Shown: positions 48,729 through 58,471 of the stretch, in pieces
How the letters are laid out: each line of letters opens with the position of its first letter
Position numbering within the stretch: the stretch's first letter is position 1
Program-made: the position numbers and the translations under genes
Notes under the pieces: generated by a model
Seen by the model: only the letters and a program-made list of their open reading frames with translations
Database searches by the model: none
What the model was told of the DNA's origin: nothing
Origin: an uncultured Bacillota bacterium
Lineage (GTDB): Bacteria > Sysuimicrobiota > Sysuimicrobiia > Sysuimicrobiales > Segetimicrobiaceae
Length of the DNA: 64,000 nt
Assembly: GCA_963804645.1 (NCBI GenBank)
Contig: CAWDRG010000004.1
Location: 32,001 to 96,000, forward strand
Direction of reading: 5' to 3'

Positions 48729-49310
48729 TCAGAAGAAGTTGTGCCGCATGGTAATCACCGTGTAGGTCCGGGTCAGCGGAGTGGTGAGCGAGCCGGGACT
48801 CGCCGGCTCCGTCCATGTCACGACCACCGTGACGATCGTCAGGCTCGGGTTGCCGTTCCCGCTCGCGGTCGGGTAGTTGCACGGATTGCTGGCAACCCCC
48901 TGGCAGTTCGTGGCGCTGATCGTCAGCGTGTACACGACGTTGGCCGCGCTGGCGGTGATCTGGTTCGTGCCCACGCTTCCCCCCTGGTTGGTGTTGAGGC
49001 AGAGGGTGTTGGCGGTCCCGCTGACCGGCGTGAGGTAGGTGAAGCTCTTCAGCTTCATGTCCTCGATGCATTCCTGCGCGAACCGCGCCGCGAAGCTCGT
49101 ATTGCGCCCGGCCTGCGCGTTCAGGCCGGCAAGGGGATAGTACTCGGCGGTCGTGAACGCCAGAAACGCGAACATCGCGACGGCGATCGTGATTTCGATC
49201 AGGGTGAACCCCGCGACCGCCGCCGGCACGGGGGGCCGCTCTGACCGGGCACAGGCAGACAACCGCCTCTGACCGGCATCTGAGACGCGCCGAGGCGGGT
49301 GCGTGTTCAT
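48729..49310 (-). CDS. Minor pilin (PilV-like)
   Basis: AG|FTLIEITIAVAMF, AQECIEDMK and VTVVVTWTE. Confidence 0.8.
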   Translation of the reverse strand: MNTHPPRRVSDAGQRRLSACARSERPPVPAAVAGFTLIEITIAVAMFAFLAFTTAEYYPLAGLNAQAGRNTSFAARFAQECIEDMKLKSFTYLTPVSGTANTLCLNTNQGGSVGTNQITASAANVVYTLTISATNCQGVASNPCNYPTASGNGNPSLTIVTVVVTWTEPASPGSLTTPLTRTYTVITMRHNFF

Positions 49311-49494
49311 GGTTGTCGAGGCACGGTGTCCGGTCGCATTGGGTCGCACCGCTCCCCTGGGTGTCCGCCGGCGCTCCCGCAATCGGGATCGGTCGCCGAC
49401 GGCGCGGCCAACACAAGCCGCCAACCGCCAATATTCGGGTCGACCGCCCCCGAATTCCTGCCGGCACGGTCCGGGGCTCGCCTTGCCGCCGTCC

Positions 49495-49992
49495 TCAGCA
49501 TGCCTTCGGGATGCACGTCATGGTCACGGTGTCCCGCGTCGACCCGGTGAGGAACACGGTGACGGTGAAGGTTTCCCCGTTCTCCAGGCCCGCGTTCGTG
49601 GAGGGGAACGAAACCATCGCCTGACCCAACCCCGACGCGGTGGTGGAGGCCGACTGGATGTAGGGGCTTGTCCCGGTGCCGGTGGTGAACCTCCAAAACT
49701 TCCCGTTCGGCTCGGTGAACCCGATCCCCGTATTCGTGAAGCAGTTGATGCCGGTGGTCGTCACGAGACTGGGATAAGTATTCTGCTGGTAGCACGAATA
49801 CTCGAGCGCCGCCCACTCCTTGGCCATGGTGTTGCCCTCGGCGATCGCGGCCGCGTTTCGCGCCCCCAGATACGACGGGAGCATGATGGCTACCAGCAGG
49901 GCCAGGATGGCTGACGCCATGAGCAGCTCCATCCACGTGAAGCCGGAGTCGTCGGCGAGGACGTCCGCGAGGCGTCTAGACGGCATGCCCAT
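49495..49992 (-). CDS. Type IV pilin, paralog of the major pilin
   Basis: SG|FTWMELL...LPSYLGARN; shares GLENGET and the Cys pattern with 50079-50546. Confidence 0.85.
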   Translation of the reverse strand: MGMPSRRLADVLADDSGFTWMELLMASAILALLVAIMLPSYLGARNAAAIAEGNTMAKEWAALEYSCYQQNTYPSLVTTTGINCFTNTGIGFTEPNGKFWRFTTGTGTSPYIQSASTTASGLGQAMVSFPSTNAGLENGETFTVTVFLTGSTRDTVTMTCIPKAC

Positions 49993-50031
49993 GTTTTCGC
50001 GCGGTGCCACAAGAACCCCTGGGAAACCACA

Positions 50032-50060
50032 GGAGCCTCCGCCCACGGGGCGGAGGCTCC
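50032..50060 (-). terminator. Hairpin downstream of major pilin
   Basis: 13-bp perfect stem GGAGCCTCCGCCC/GGGCGGAGGCTCC with a weak U tract on the minus strand. Confidence 0.65.
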
Positions 50061-50078
50061 ACAGCGAGTCGGTGTGGC

Positions 50079-50546
50079 CTAGCAGCCGACCGGAAGGCAT
50101 GTTGCGCTTGATTGTCCTTGGCTCGTGCCGCTGACGAACATCGTGACGGTGTAGGTCTCGCCGTTCTCAAGCCCGACGTTGTTGGACGGCCATGACACGG
50201 TCAGGTCCGGAGCGGTGGTGCCGGATACCGTGCCGACGTTGTAGGTCGCGCCCGGGGTGCCGGAGACCCAGTTCCAGTACTTGCCCGACTGCTCGTTGAA
50301 CCCGATCGCCGCGTTGCTCGCGCATGCGTTCACGGTCAGGTTCTGCAGATAGCAGCCGTAGGCCAGGGAGCGCCACTCCTGCGCCATTCCGTTCGCCTCA
50401 TCGATCGCGGCTTTATTGCGGGCGCCGAGATAGGACGGCAGGGCGAGGGCGACGAGTAGAGCCAGCACCGCCGCGACCACGACCAACTCAATTAGCGTGA
50501 AGCCCTCTTCATGTGCACGTGCGCTGCGAACCATCCGATTCAACAT
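50079..50546 (-). CDS. pilA: Probable major type IV pilin
   Basis: EEG|FTLIELVVV..LP, strong purine-rich RBS, first in the pilin cluster and followed by a hairpin. Confidence 0.85.
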   Translation of the reverse strand: MLNRMVRSARAHEEGFTLIELVVVAAVLALLVALALPSYLGARNKAAIDEANGMAQEWRSLAYGCYLQNLTVNACASNAAIGFNEQSGKYWNWVSGTPGATYNVGTVSGTTAPDLTVSWPSNNVGLENGETYTVTMFVSGTSQGQSSATCLPVGC

Positions 50547-50766
50547 CGATCCGTTCCCCCCTTTGTCTCTTCGCGGCGATCGCTGGAGCTTGCAGTTTCT
50601 CAGCGCCAACCGACACGACACCTCTTGTCCCTCATACAGAGACTAGGTGATATCGTTGTACCCTGGCAATGGGACTTTCGGCGTCATCTGGTACCAAAGG
50701 ACTAGGTCAAAAACTGCGTGAACACTGCTCACTAAACCGAGCGGTGGGCCGGGTCGCGCGCGGCGC

Positions 50767-51978
50767 CTAGTGGATCGCGCTCAGCAGGCGCCAGAGCGGC
50801 GAGAGAATCGAGACGGCGACGAAGCCGACGATGCCGCCGACGGTGACGATCATCACCGGTTCGAGAATCGAGGCGAATCGGTCCACGGTGTTGCCGACCT
50901 CGCGGTCGTAGAAGTCGGCGATCTTGTCGAGGCTCTCTTCGAGCGCGCCGGTCTGCTCCCCGACGGCCACCATGTTCCACAGCATCGGCGGGAAGAGGGT
51001 GTTCTGGCTCAGCGACGCGGAGATCGACTGCCCCTCTCGCACGTTGACCGCCGTGCTCTCCACGGCCTGCGCGACGATGGCGTTGCCCGAGGCGCGGGCG
51101 ATAATTTCCAATCCCTGGACGATCGGGACGCCGCTGCGGATGATCATGGCCAGCACGCGGGTAAACCGGGCGAGCGCGATCTTCTGGACGAGCTTTCCGA
51201 CCACGGGGATATTCAGTAGCACCATGTCCACGACGCGCCGCCCGCCGTTCGTGCGCCGCATCGCCGTGATGGTGCCCACGATCGCGAGAAACACGGCGAG
51301 GCCGATGTACCAGTACTTCTGCGCCCCCTTGCTGAACGCGATGAGGATCTGGGTCGGCAGGGGCAGCGTGACGTTGAGCGTGTCGAACAGCGTCGTGATC
51401 GTGGGGAGCACGAAGAACACCGCGCCCAACCCGACCGCGATTGAGAGGCCCATGACGACGGACGGGTACGCGGCCGCGGTCTTGATGCGCTGGATCAGCT
51501 CCATGTCCCGCTCGACGTAGTCCGCCAGGTAGTTGAGGACGCGGTCGAGCGAGCCGGCCGCCTCGCCGGCGCGCACGGTGTTGACGTACAGCGGGCTGAA
51601 GATCGCCGGATACTTCGCCATTTCGCCCGACAGCGTGCCGCCGCCCTCGATGCCGATGCGGACGGCGTCGAGCACGTCGCGCAGCCGCAGGCTCTCGGTT
51701 TGGCGCGCGGCCACTTCGAGCCCCGTTACGAGCGGGAGGCCCGAGCCGACCATCGTCGCCAGCTGCCGCGTGAAGACGACCAGAAACTGCCGCGGCACCC
51801 CGGTCATCGTCCGCACTTGCTCGCCGACCGACGGGGCGACGATCTGCTCGCGCAGCAGGGTCGGCATGTAGGACCGCTCGCGCAGCTGCGCGACCACCGC
51901 GCGTTCCGAGTCGGCCTGGATCGTGCCTTCGATCATCCGGCCGCTCTGATCTCTCGCTCGGTACTGGTACACAGGCAT
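50767..51978 (-). CDS. pilC: Type IV pilus platform protein (GspF family)
   Basis: FTRQLATMVGSGLP, AGEAAGSLD, AYP, VGEQTGAL and LEP. Confidence 0.95.
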   Translation of the reverse strand: MPVYQYRARDQSGRMIEGTIQADSERAVVAQLRERSYMPTLLREQIVAPSVGEQVRTMTGVPRQFLVVFTRQLATMVGSGLPLVTGLEVAARQTESLRLRDVLDAVRIGIEGGGTLSGEMAKYPAIFSPLYVNTVRAGEAAGSLDRVLNYLADYVERDMELIQRIKTAAAYPSVVMGLSIAVGLGAVFFVLPTITTLFDTLNVTLPLPTQILIAFSKGAQKYWYIGLAVFLAIVGTITAMRRTNGGRRVVDMVLLNIPVVGKLVQKIALARFTRVLAMIIRSGVPIVQGLEIIARASGNAIVAQAVESTAVNVREGQSISASLSQNTLFPPMLWNMVAVGEQTGALEESLDKIADFYDREVGNTVDRFASILEPVMIVTVGGIVGFVAVSILSPLWRLLSAIH

Positions 51979-51993
51979 CGGCGGCTGTCCCCC

Positions 51994-53328
51994 TTACGCG
52001 GGTCCCGGTTCCGCCCAGGGTACGACGGGCTCGGTGGAGACAGCCCGGCGTGACGCCAGCGCGGCGGTGATGCCGACAAACGTCCAGAAGACATTCGCGG
52101 GCCCGATGTGCGTCCACCCGAACTGGGCCCACACCAAGTAGGCGAGGAGCCCGCAGCCCAGCCCGGCAGTAAAGCGCACGTCCGCGGCCGGCAGCGCGCG
52201 CGTCCACACGATCCGCGCGACGGACTGCAGGGTCAGCAGCCATACCCAGGCGTACGCGGCCAGCCCGGCGAGGCCCGTGCTGAACGCGATGTGCAACACG
52301 TCGTTGTGGGCGATATCCACGATCACGTCGTCACTGCCCATCACCCGCCGGTACTCGTCGGTGCCGATCCCCGGGAGCCGGCCGGCGAGATTGTTGAAGC
52401 CCCAGCCGAACAGGGGCCGCTCCTCGATCAGGGGGATCACGTGCGTCCAGATGTAGAACTTCTGCCTGAGCGACGTGTCCCCTGTATTGAACGATGACAG
52501 CGCCCGGGTGGCGAGCGGGATCGGCTGGGTCGGCATCATCACCGCCGTGATCGCGGCGAACAGCCCCGCCAGGATCAGGAGCCGGGGGGTGCGGTCGCCG
52601 CCCCACAGCAGCCACGCGAGCACCGGGACGACGAACGCGAAGGGGATCCACGCCGCGCGCGTTTCCGAGGCGAGGAGGGCGGCGTACAGGACGCTCGAGA
52701 CGCCGGCGAGCGCCCACCACCGCGGGCCGCGGGTCCCGACGGCCACCGCGATCGCGACCGGGAGCACCAGGCACAGGTAGCCGCCGAGGAGAATCGGGTT
52801 CGCGAGCGTGCCCCATCCGCGCGGGCCAAACTGCAGGCCGACCCCGCCGATCCACAGCGCGAGCGGCACGAGGTAGTATTGGCCGATCGCGAGGATGCAC
52901 ATCAATGTGCCGGTGGCAAACACCCCGTAGAGCACGATCCGGATCTCGCGCGGCGTGAACCGGGCGACGGCCAGGGCCGTGCCGACATAGGCGGCGTACA
53001 CCGGCAGCCCCTCGCCGCGGATCGAGGTGGGGAAGAAGCTGACTTTGAAGTTGGCCGAGAACACCGTGGCGAGCGTTGCCAGCAGGAGAAACGTCAGCGC
53101 GGGCACGTCGAGCGGCATCGGCTCGATGCGGCCCCCCGCTCGCGCGTAGGCGAAGACGCCGAGGGCTAGACCGACGACGACCAGCGTGGCCGCGGTCGCC
53201 TTGAGGTCGTTGGTCGGGAGCAGGAGGCTGATCGCCGAGAACGCCACGACGCTGCCGACGGCCAGCCAGCGTCCGACGGCCTCCTCGGCCGTGCCCGCCG
53301 CGAACGCGAGCACCCGGCTACTCGACAT
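51994..53328 (-). CDS. O-antigen ligase/Wzy_C-family membrane protein (candidate pilin oligosaccharyltransferase)
   Basis: GTLANP, SETRAAW, RPLFGWG, AHNDVL and multiple TM helices; lies between pilB and pilC. Confidence 0.8.
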   Translation of the reverse strand: MSSSRVLAFAAGTAEEAVGRWLAVGSVVAFSAISLLLPTNDLKATAATLVVVGLALGVFAYARAGGRIEPMPLDVPALTFLLLATLATVFSANFKVSFFPTSIRGEGLPVYAAYVGTALAVARFTPREIRIVLYGVFATGTLMCILAIGQYYLVPLALWIGGVGLQFGPRGWGTLANPILLGGYLCLVLPVAIAVAVGTRGPRWWALAGVSSVLYAALLASETRAAWIPFAFVVPVLAWLLWGGDRTPRLLILAGLFAAITAVMMPTQPIPLATRALSSFNTGDTSLRQKFYIWTHVIPLIEERPLFGWGFNNLAGRLPGIGTDEYRRVMGSDDVIVDIAHNDVLHIAFSTGLAGLAAYAWVWLLTLQSVARIVWTRALPAADVRFTAGLGCGLLAYLVWAQFGWTHIGPANVFWTFVGITAALASRRAVSTEPVVPWAEPGPA

Positions 53329-55030
53329 CGACGACCCGGGTGACCCGCAGCACCTCTTCCATCGTGGTGACACCGCTGGCGACCTTCAACAGGCCGTCGT
53401 CCCGCATCGTGCGCATCCCGGCCTGCTGGGCCGTCTCCAGGATCTCGGTCGCGGACGCGCGGCGCAGGATGAGCTGCCGGATCGGGTTGTTCACGACGAG
53501 CATCTCGAAGATCCCGGTACGTCCCGCGTACCCGGTGTACCGGCAGTACACGCAGCCGACCGGTTCGTGGATCTTCACCGTCACGTCCGGGCCGAGGGCC
53601 GCGCGGATTTCCGTCTCCGCGGCCTCGACCGTGCTGGCGGCGGCGGGGCGCTTGCAGTGCGGGCAGAGCACGCGGACGAGCCGCTGCGCGATCGAGGACA
53701 CGAGCGAGGACGTGATCAAGAACGGCTCGATGCCCATGTCGAGCAGGCGGGTGGCGACCGACGGCGCGTCGTTGGTGTGGATTGTCGAGAACACCAAGTG
53801 TCCGGTGAGCGAGGCGTGGATCGCGATCTCCGCGGTCTCGACGTCTCGGATCTCGCCGACCATGATGATGTCGGGGTCCTGCCGGACGATGGCGCGCAGG
53901 GCCGTCGCAAACGTCAGGCCGGCCCGCGGATTCACCGCCATCTGGTTGACGCCCGGGATCTGATACTCGACCGGGTCCTCGACCGTGATGATGTTGTCGT
54001 CGAGCGTGTTCAACTGCGCGATGCTGCTGACGAGCGTCGTCGTTTTTCCGCTTCCGGTCGGGCCCGAGACCAGGATGATGCCCCACGGCAGCCGGATCAA
54101 CCGCTCGAAGCGCTCGCGCAGGTCGGGCCCCATACCGATCTGCTCGAGCGACAGAATGGTATCGGCTTTGTCGAGGAGCCGCAGCACCACGCGCTCCCCG
54201 TGCACCGTGGGGATCGAGGACATCCGGACGTCGACGGTCTTGCCGTTCCCCGCCATCTGGAACGAGCCGTCCTGCGGCGCCCGCCGCTCCGCCACGTTCA
54301 TCCGCGCGAGCACCTTGAAGCGTGCGATCAGCGGGACGGAGGCGTTGCGCGGGATCGTCATCACCGTCTGCAGGATGCCGTCGATGCGGTACCGCACGCG
54401 GACCGACGTCTCCATGGGCTCGATGTGGATGTCGCTCGCCCGGTCCCGCATTCCCCGCGACACGATCAGGTCGGCAAGTCGGATGACGGGCGCGTCGGTG
54501 CGCTCGAGCGCCGAGCCGACGTCCTCGTCTTCCTCCGCTTCCGAGATCGCGCCCGGCCGGGCGGCAATCTCTTCGAGCAGGCCCTTGGCGCGGTCGCCCA
54601 TGCCGTACGAGATCTCGATCGCCGACGCGATCTCGGTTTCCGTCGTGACCACCGGCGCGACGATCATCCCGGTCGCGATCGCGACGTCGTCGAGGGCCAC
54701 GACGTCCAGCGGGTCGGACATCGCGAGCATCAGCCGCGTACCCTCGCGGCGGATGGGAAGGACGCTGTACTTGCGGGCGAGCGATTCGGGGAGCAGCGCG
54801 ACGGCCGCCGGATCGATGTCCTGATGGCGGAAATCCATCATCGGCAGCTCGAGCTGGTGGCTGAGGCCGTGGGCGATCTGGTCCTCGCTGACCCCGACCG
54901 CGACCAGGGCACGACCCAGCCGCTCACCGGTGCGCTGCTGTCGTTCGAGCGCCTGGTTGAGCTGCTCCGGGGTGACCAGTCCCATCTCCGACAGGACTTC
55001 CCCGATGCGCTTGCGCTGCTGTCTCACCAT
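53318..55030 (-). CDS. pilB: Type IV pilus extension ATPase with N-terminal MshEN domain
   Basis: RIGEVL..MGLVT..QL..AL..Q, ASDIHIEP, GPTGSGKTTT, RQDPD and tetra-Cys CPHC/CVYC. Confidence 0.95.
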   Translation of the reverse strand: MVRQQRKRIGEVLSEMGLVTPEQLNQALERQQRTGERLGRALVAVGVSEDQIAHGLSHQLELPMMDFRHQDIDPAAVALLPESLARKYSVLPIRREGTRLMLAMSDPLDVVALDDVAIATGMIVAPVVTTETEIASAIEISYGMGDRAKGLLEEIAARPGAISEAEEDEDVGSALERTDAPVIRLADLIVSRGMRDRASDIHIEPMETSVRVRYRIDGILQTVMTIPRNASVPLIARFKVLARMNVAERRAPQDGSFQMAGNGKTVDVRMSSIPTVHGERVVLRLLDKADTILSLEQIGMGPDLRERFERLIRLPWGIILVSGPTGSGKTTTLVSSIAQLNTLDDNIITVEDPVEYQIPGVNQMAVNPRAGLTFATALRAIVRQDPDIIMVGEIRDVETAEIAIHASLTGHLVFSTIHTNDAPSVATRLLDMGIEPFLITSSLVSSIAQRLVRVLCPHCKRPAAASTVEAAETEIRAALGPDVTVKIHEPVGCVYCRYTGYAGRTGIFEMLVVNNPIRQLILRRASATEILETAQQAGMRTMRDDGLLKVASGVTTMEEVLRVTRVVDVE

Positions 55031-55190
55031 GCCCGAGTCACCATACCGGTCCTGTCAGAGCCACCCGCCCGCCGTGGATTCGCCGCCGACTGTAGGCTAC
55101 GCCTTCTTGGTTTCCGCCGCAATGGGCTGTTCGGCCGGGTGGCGGCCAAATGCCCTACCCGCGCTCCCCGCGGACACCGGGGCCGCCGCT

Positions 55191-56546
55191 TCATCCGGGC
55201 ATCACGACCATCTTGGGATCCGTGCCGATCGCCCGCCCGTCAAGTTCCGCAGTAATCTGCCGCTCGGGAGTCCCCCCCATCTCGATTATTATACCCCGTG
55301 GCGCCTTTCCGTGGACGTCTACGGCCCGGACGGCGGGCCGGTCGGGCTGCTCCGACTCCGCCACGACCACCCCCACGAGGCCGTCGTCCAGCCGGACCAC
55401 GGTGCCGACGGGAAAGAGGCCCCAGGCCTGCACGAACGCCGCGACGAGCCCCGGATCGTACGTCGTGCCGGCCTCGGCTAGCAGCGCGCGCATCATCGCG
55501 TGCGGGCGGCGCCGGGGCAGGGGCGCGCGTGCGCTCGTTTGCGCGTCATACGCGTCCGCGATCGCGACCGCGCGCGAGAAGGGGTGCTGCGCGAGATAGC
55601 CGCCGCGTTCGTGGGCATGGTGTTCCAACGCGGCGACCGTGGCGGCCCGATCCCACCCGGTCGCGTCGCGGAGGAGGTAGGCCCCGGCGTAGGCGTGCCA
55701 CGGCTCGGCGTGCTCTCCGCCCGCGACGGGGACGCGCTCGGAGGCGGCGAACCCGAGGTCGTGCAGATAGCCGGCGAGCCCGAGCGCCTGCAGCGCGCGG
55801 TCGGTGAGGCCGGCCTGCGCCCCGAGCATGAGACACAGGATCGCGACGTTGACGGCATGGTACGGGCTGTCCTCGCTGTGTTCGCCGGAGGCCACGAGCC
55901 GGGCGACGTCCGCCCGAGACCGCGCGAGGACCTGCACGAGCGCCTCGATGACGAACTGCGCGCGGAGCGGGTCCAGCGTGCCCTCGGTCCGGGCGTCGGC
56001 GGCGGTCTCTGCATACGTTTCCGCCGCCCACCGGTACAAGTCCACCGGGGTCCCGTGCACGACGTCTTCCTGCGACGAGCCCCACATCTTGGGCGGTCCG
56101 AAGACGATCTGCGTGATCCCCGACGCCGCGACGGCGTCGCGGAGCCCGCCTTCCATAATGAGCTCTTCGGGTTCCATCGCGAACAGGGCCGCGGTCCGCG
56201 CGAAGTCGTCGCGGGTCACGCCGCGGAGCAGATCGAGACTGCCCACCCCGTGCGCGACCGCGTGCGCCGTGAACTCGGCGATGAAGAGGGGATCGGCCGT
56301 GAGCGGTTGGCGGTTGGCGAGCACCGTGCCTCCCCAGATGTCGTAGCGGATCGCGCGGCGGTGCTCGAGCGCCGTCGCGGCCACGCCGGCCAGTGAGTCG
56401 AGCGCGGACATCACGGTCGGATGCCCGGGCGGGTAGAGTCGGGTGTTCCGTCCGGCGGAGACAAACAGCTTGAGAATCGACAGCAACTGCCGGTGCGGGA
56501 TCTCGGGCGGGTGGGCCGCCAAGCGTGCGGGGTCGCGTGTTGCCAT
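55191..56546 (-). CDS. HD-GYP-like protein (degenerate)
   Basis: HAVNVAIL, LHDLG, EHHAHERGGY, SRAVAIADAYDA, YDPGLV and GLFPVGTVVRL. Confidence 0.75.
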   Translation of the reverse strand: MATRDPARLAAHPPEIPHRQLLSILKLFVSAGRNTRLYPPGHPTVMSALDSLAGVAATALEHRRAIRYDIWGGTVLANRQPLTADPLFIAEFTAHAVAHGVGSLDLLRGVTRDDFARTAALFAMEPEELIMEGGLRDAVAASGITQIVFGPPKMWGSSQEDVVHGTPVDLYRWAAETYAETAADARTEGTLDPLRAQFVIEALVQVLARSRADVARLVASGEHSEDSPYHAVNVAILCLMLGAQAGLTDRALQALGLAGYLHDLGFAASERVPVAGGEHAEPWHAYAGAYLLRDATGWDRAATVAALEHHAHERGGYLAQHPFSRAVAIADAYDAQTSARAPLPRRRPHAMMRALLAEAGTTYDPGLVAAFVQAWGLFPVGTVVRLDDGLVGVVVAESEQPDRPAVRAVDVHGKAPRGIIIEMGGTPERQITAELDGRAIGTDPKMVVMPG

Positions 56547-58423
56547 CACGGCACCGGCGACGCGCCGGTCCGCCGCGCGCGAGTTTGAATTTCGCGGATC
56601 GCCTCTTCGGCGGCGCGGCGGAGCGTGCGCTGCTTCGGGGACATCAGCGGCATCGACGTTCTGACGAACGGTTCGAGGGCCGGCAGCGCCTCGGGCGTGC
56701 CGATCTGGCCCAGCGCCACGATGATCTCGAGGTGGACCGCGAACTCGTGCGGCAGGGGCTCGTGGCCGCTCAGCGCCTCGACGAGGAGGGTCTGGGCCTC
56801 GGGCGTCCCGACGACGCCGAGCTGCGCCGCGACGGCCCGGCGCGTTTCCGGGTCCGCTTCCAGCAGCGTCGCGCTGACCAGCGCCATCGCCTCGGGGGTG
56901 CCCCAGGTGGCGAGGACGCGAACGGCTTCGCGCCGCACGCGCAGGTCCGAGTGCTGCAGGAGGCGTCCGATCTGCCGCAGCGTCCCCGGCTCGTGCATCT
57001 CTTCGAGCACGTCGACGGCGCCGCGGACGAGCCGCCAATCAGGATCGCCGAGCCGCGCAGTGACCGTCGCCAGGTCGGCGCGGCCCATGCGCGCCGCCGT
57101 TCGACAGATCGCTTTGCGCACCGTTGAGCGCTCCTCGGTGGCCAGGGTATCCAGCAGGACCGGCAGCAGATCTTCCCGCAGCGCGTCCCAGAACTCGTCG
57201 ACCGCCGCGGTGGCCGCTTCGCGGTCGCCCGCCGACGCCGGGTCGACGAACCGCATCATGAGTTCGCGCGGCAGGAGCTTTCGAAGGTACGCATGCCCGG
57301 CCGCCGCGTCGTGGTGCTGCAGCGCATCGTGCAACTCGATGAACAGCCGTGCGAGTTGCCCCAAGTCGCGATCCATCGGCAGGTAGGTCATCTCGCGTTC
57401 GATCGCCGTTTTGACCGGCTCCGCCGCCTCCGGCCGGGTCACGCTCAGCACGTTCGACAGAGCGCGCATGCCCTCGAGCCGGATCCCGGCCTCGTCGACA
57501 TCGGTCAGCTCCGAGGTTTCGGGGGGCGCGGGCAGCGCGGTCTCGACCGGCAGCACCTCCGCCGAGTCGTTCGGTGCGGTCGGGACCGCCGCGTCGCCGG
57601 CGCTCTGGAGCGCCGCGGCGAGCGGATCCTCTGCGGCGCGCCGCGCGATCAGCGCCCGCAGCGCATCCGCGTCGGGTCCGACAGACGCCGCGAGCGCCTG
57701 GGCCACGTTCCGGTACAGGCCCGGCCGGTCCTGAGGCAGTGCGTTGACGATCGCGCGCTCGGCGGTGCGCAGCCCCGCGTAGGCGGCTTCGGCGCGATCC
57801 GGCGGCGCAGCCGAGGCGCCGGAAGCGAGCAGGGTGCTGAGCAGGCGCACGGCCTGCTCCGGATCGTGCAGCGGCTGGGGCATGTCTTCGCGCCGCGGCC
57901 CGCGCTCAACGGAGCGATCGAGCGCGACCGGAATGTTCGGCGGCGCCTCAAGGCGGTCGGCGACCGCCCCGGTCTCCTGGAAGCTGATGTGCTCGACCTT
58001 GCGGTCGCGTAGCAGCGGGGCGAAGCCTCCGGCGGCCTGCACGCTGCCGATGGGCATCGTTAAGATGGTGAGGAAATGCTGAATCTCGTCCGCGTCGACC
58101 CCCCGGAGGAACGAGAGGCGCTTGACGCCGCGGGAATCGAGGCTGAACACAAGCGGCGTGACCGTGGCATCTTCGCGGACCTGATCCTCGAAGTCCAGGA
58201 CGAACGACGAGCGCCGGACTTCCAGCACGAGGGGGCCGTACTGCTCGATGTACCTGTCCACCGTCTCGAGGAATCGGTCGACCGGTTCCATCGTGTTGCG
58301 GTGCTGGAAGCTGTAGAGCTGGCTGGCCTTCAGGGCGGTCGCGAGACGCCTGAGCGCCAGCTGCGCCTCCCGGAGCCGGTCGGCACCCTCTGCAGGGCCG
58401 GATGCCTGCACCGTGTAGGCCAT
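56546..58423 (-). CDS. HEAT-repeat protein
   Basis: Repeats DPDWRLVRGAV, HSDLRVRREAVRVL, DPETRRAVAAQLG and IIVALGQIG. Confidence 0.8.
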   Translation of the reverse strand: MAYTVQASGPAEGADRLREAQLALRRLATALKASQLYSFQHRNTMEPVDRFLETVDRYIEQYGPLVLEVRRSSFVLDFEDQVREDATVTPLVFSLDSRGVKRLSFLRGVDADEIQHFLTILTMPIGSVQAAGGFAPLLRDRKVEHISFQETGAVADRLEAPPNIPVALDRSVERGPRREDMPQPLHDPEQAVRLLSTLLASGASAAPPDRAEAAYAGLRTAERAIVNALPQDRPGLYRNVAQALAASVGPDADALRALIARRAAEDPLAAALQSAGDAAVPTAPNDSAEVLPVETALPAPPETSELTDVDEAGIRLEGMRALSNVLSVTRPEAAEPVKTAIEREMTYLPMDRDLGQLARLFIELHDALQHHDAAAGHAYLRKLLPRELMMRFVDPASAGDREAATAAVDEFWDALREDLLPVLLDTLATEERSTVRKAICRTAARMGRADLATVTARLGDPDWRLVRGAVDVLEEMHEPGTLRQIGRLLQHSDLRVRREAVRVLATWGTPEAMALVSATLLEADPETRRAVAAQLGVVGTPEAQTLLVEALSGHEPLPHEFAVHLEIIVALGQIGTPEALPALEPFVRTSMPLMSPKQRTLRRAAEEAIREIQTRARRTGASPVP

Positions 58424-58471
58424 ACCGTTCTCACGCGGCCGGGAGCTGCTGACGTCCGGAGGTGCCGTCCC

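Noticed and set aside
48718..49467. N-terminal extension making a 708-aa pilin
   Set aside because: It overlaps the PilV-like gene in another frame. The prepilin signal lies just after ATG 48717.
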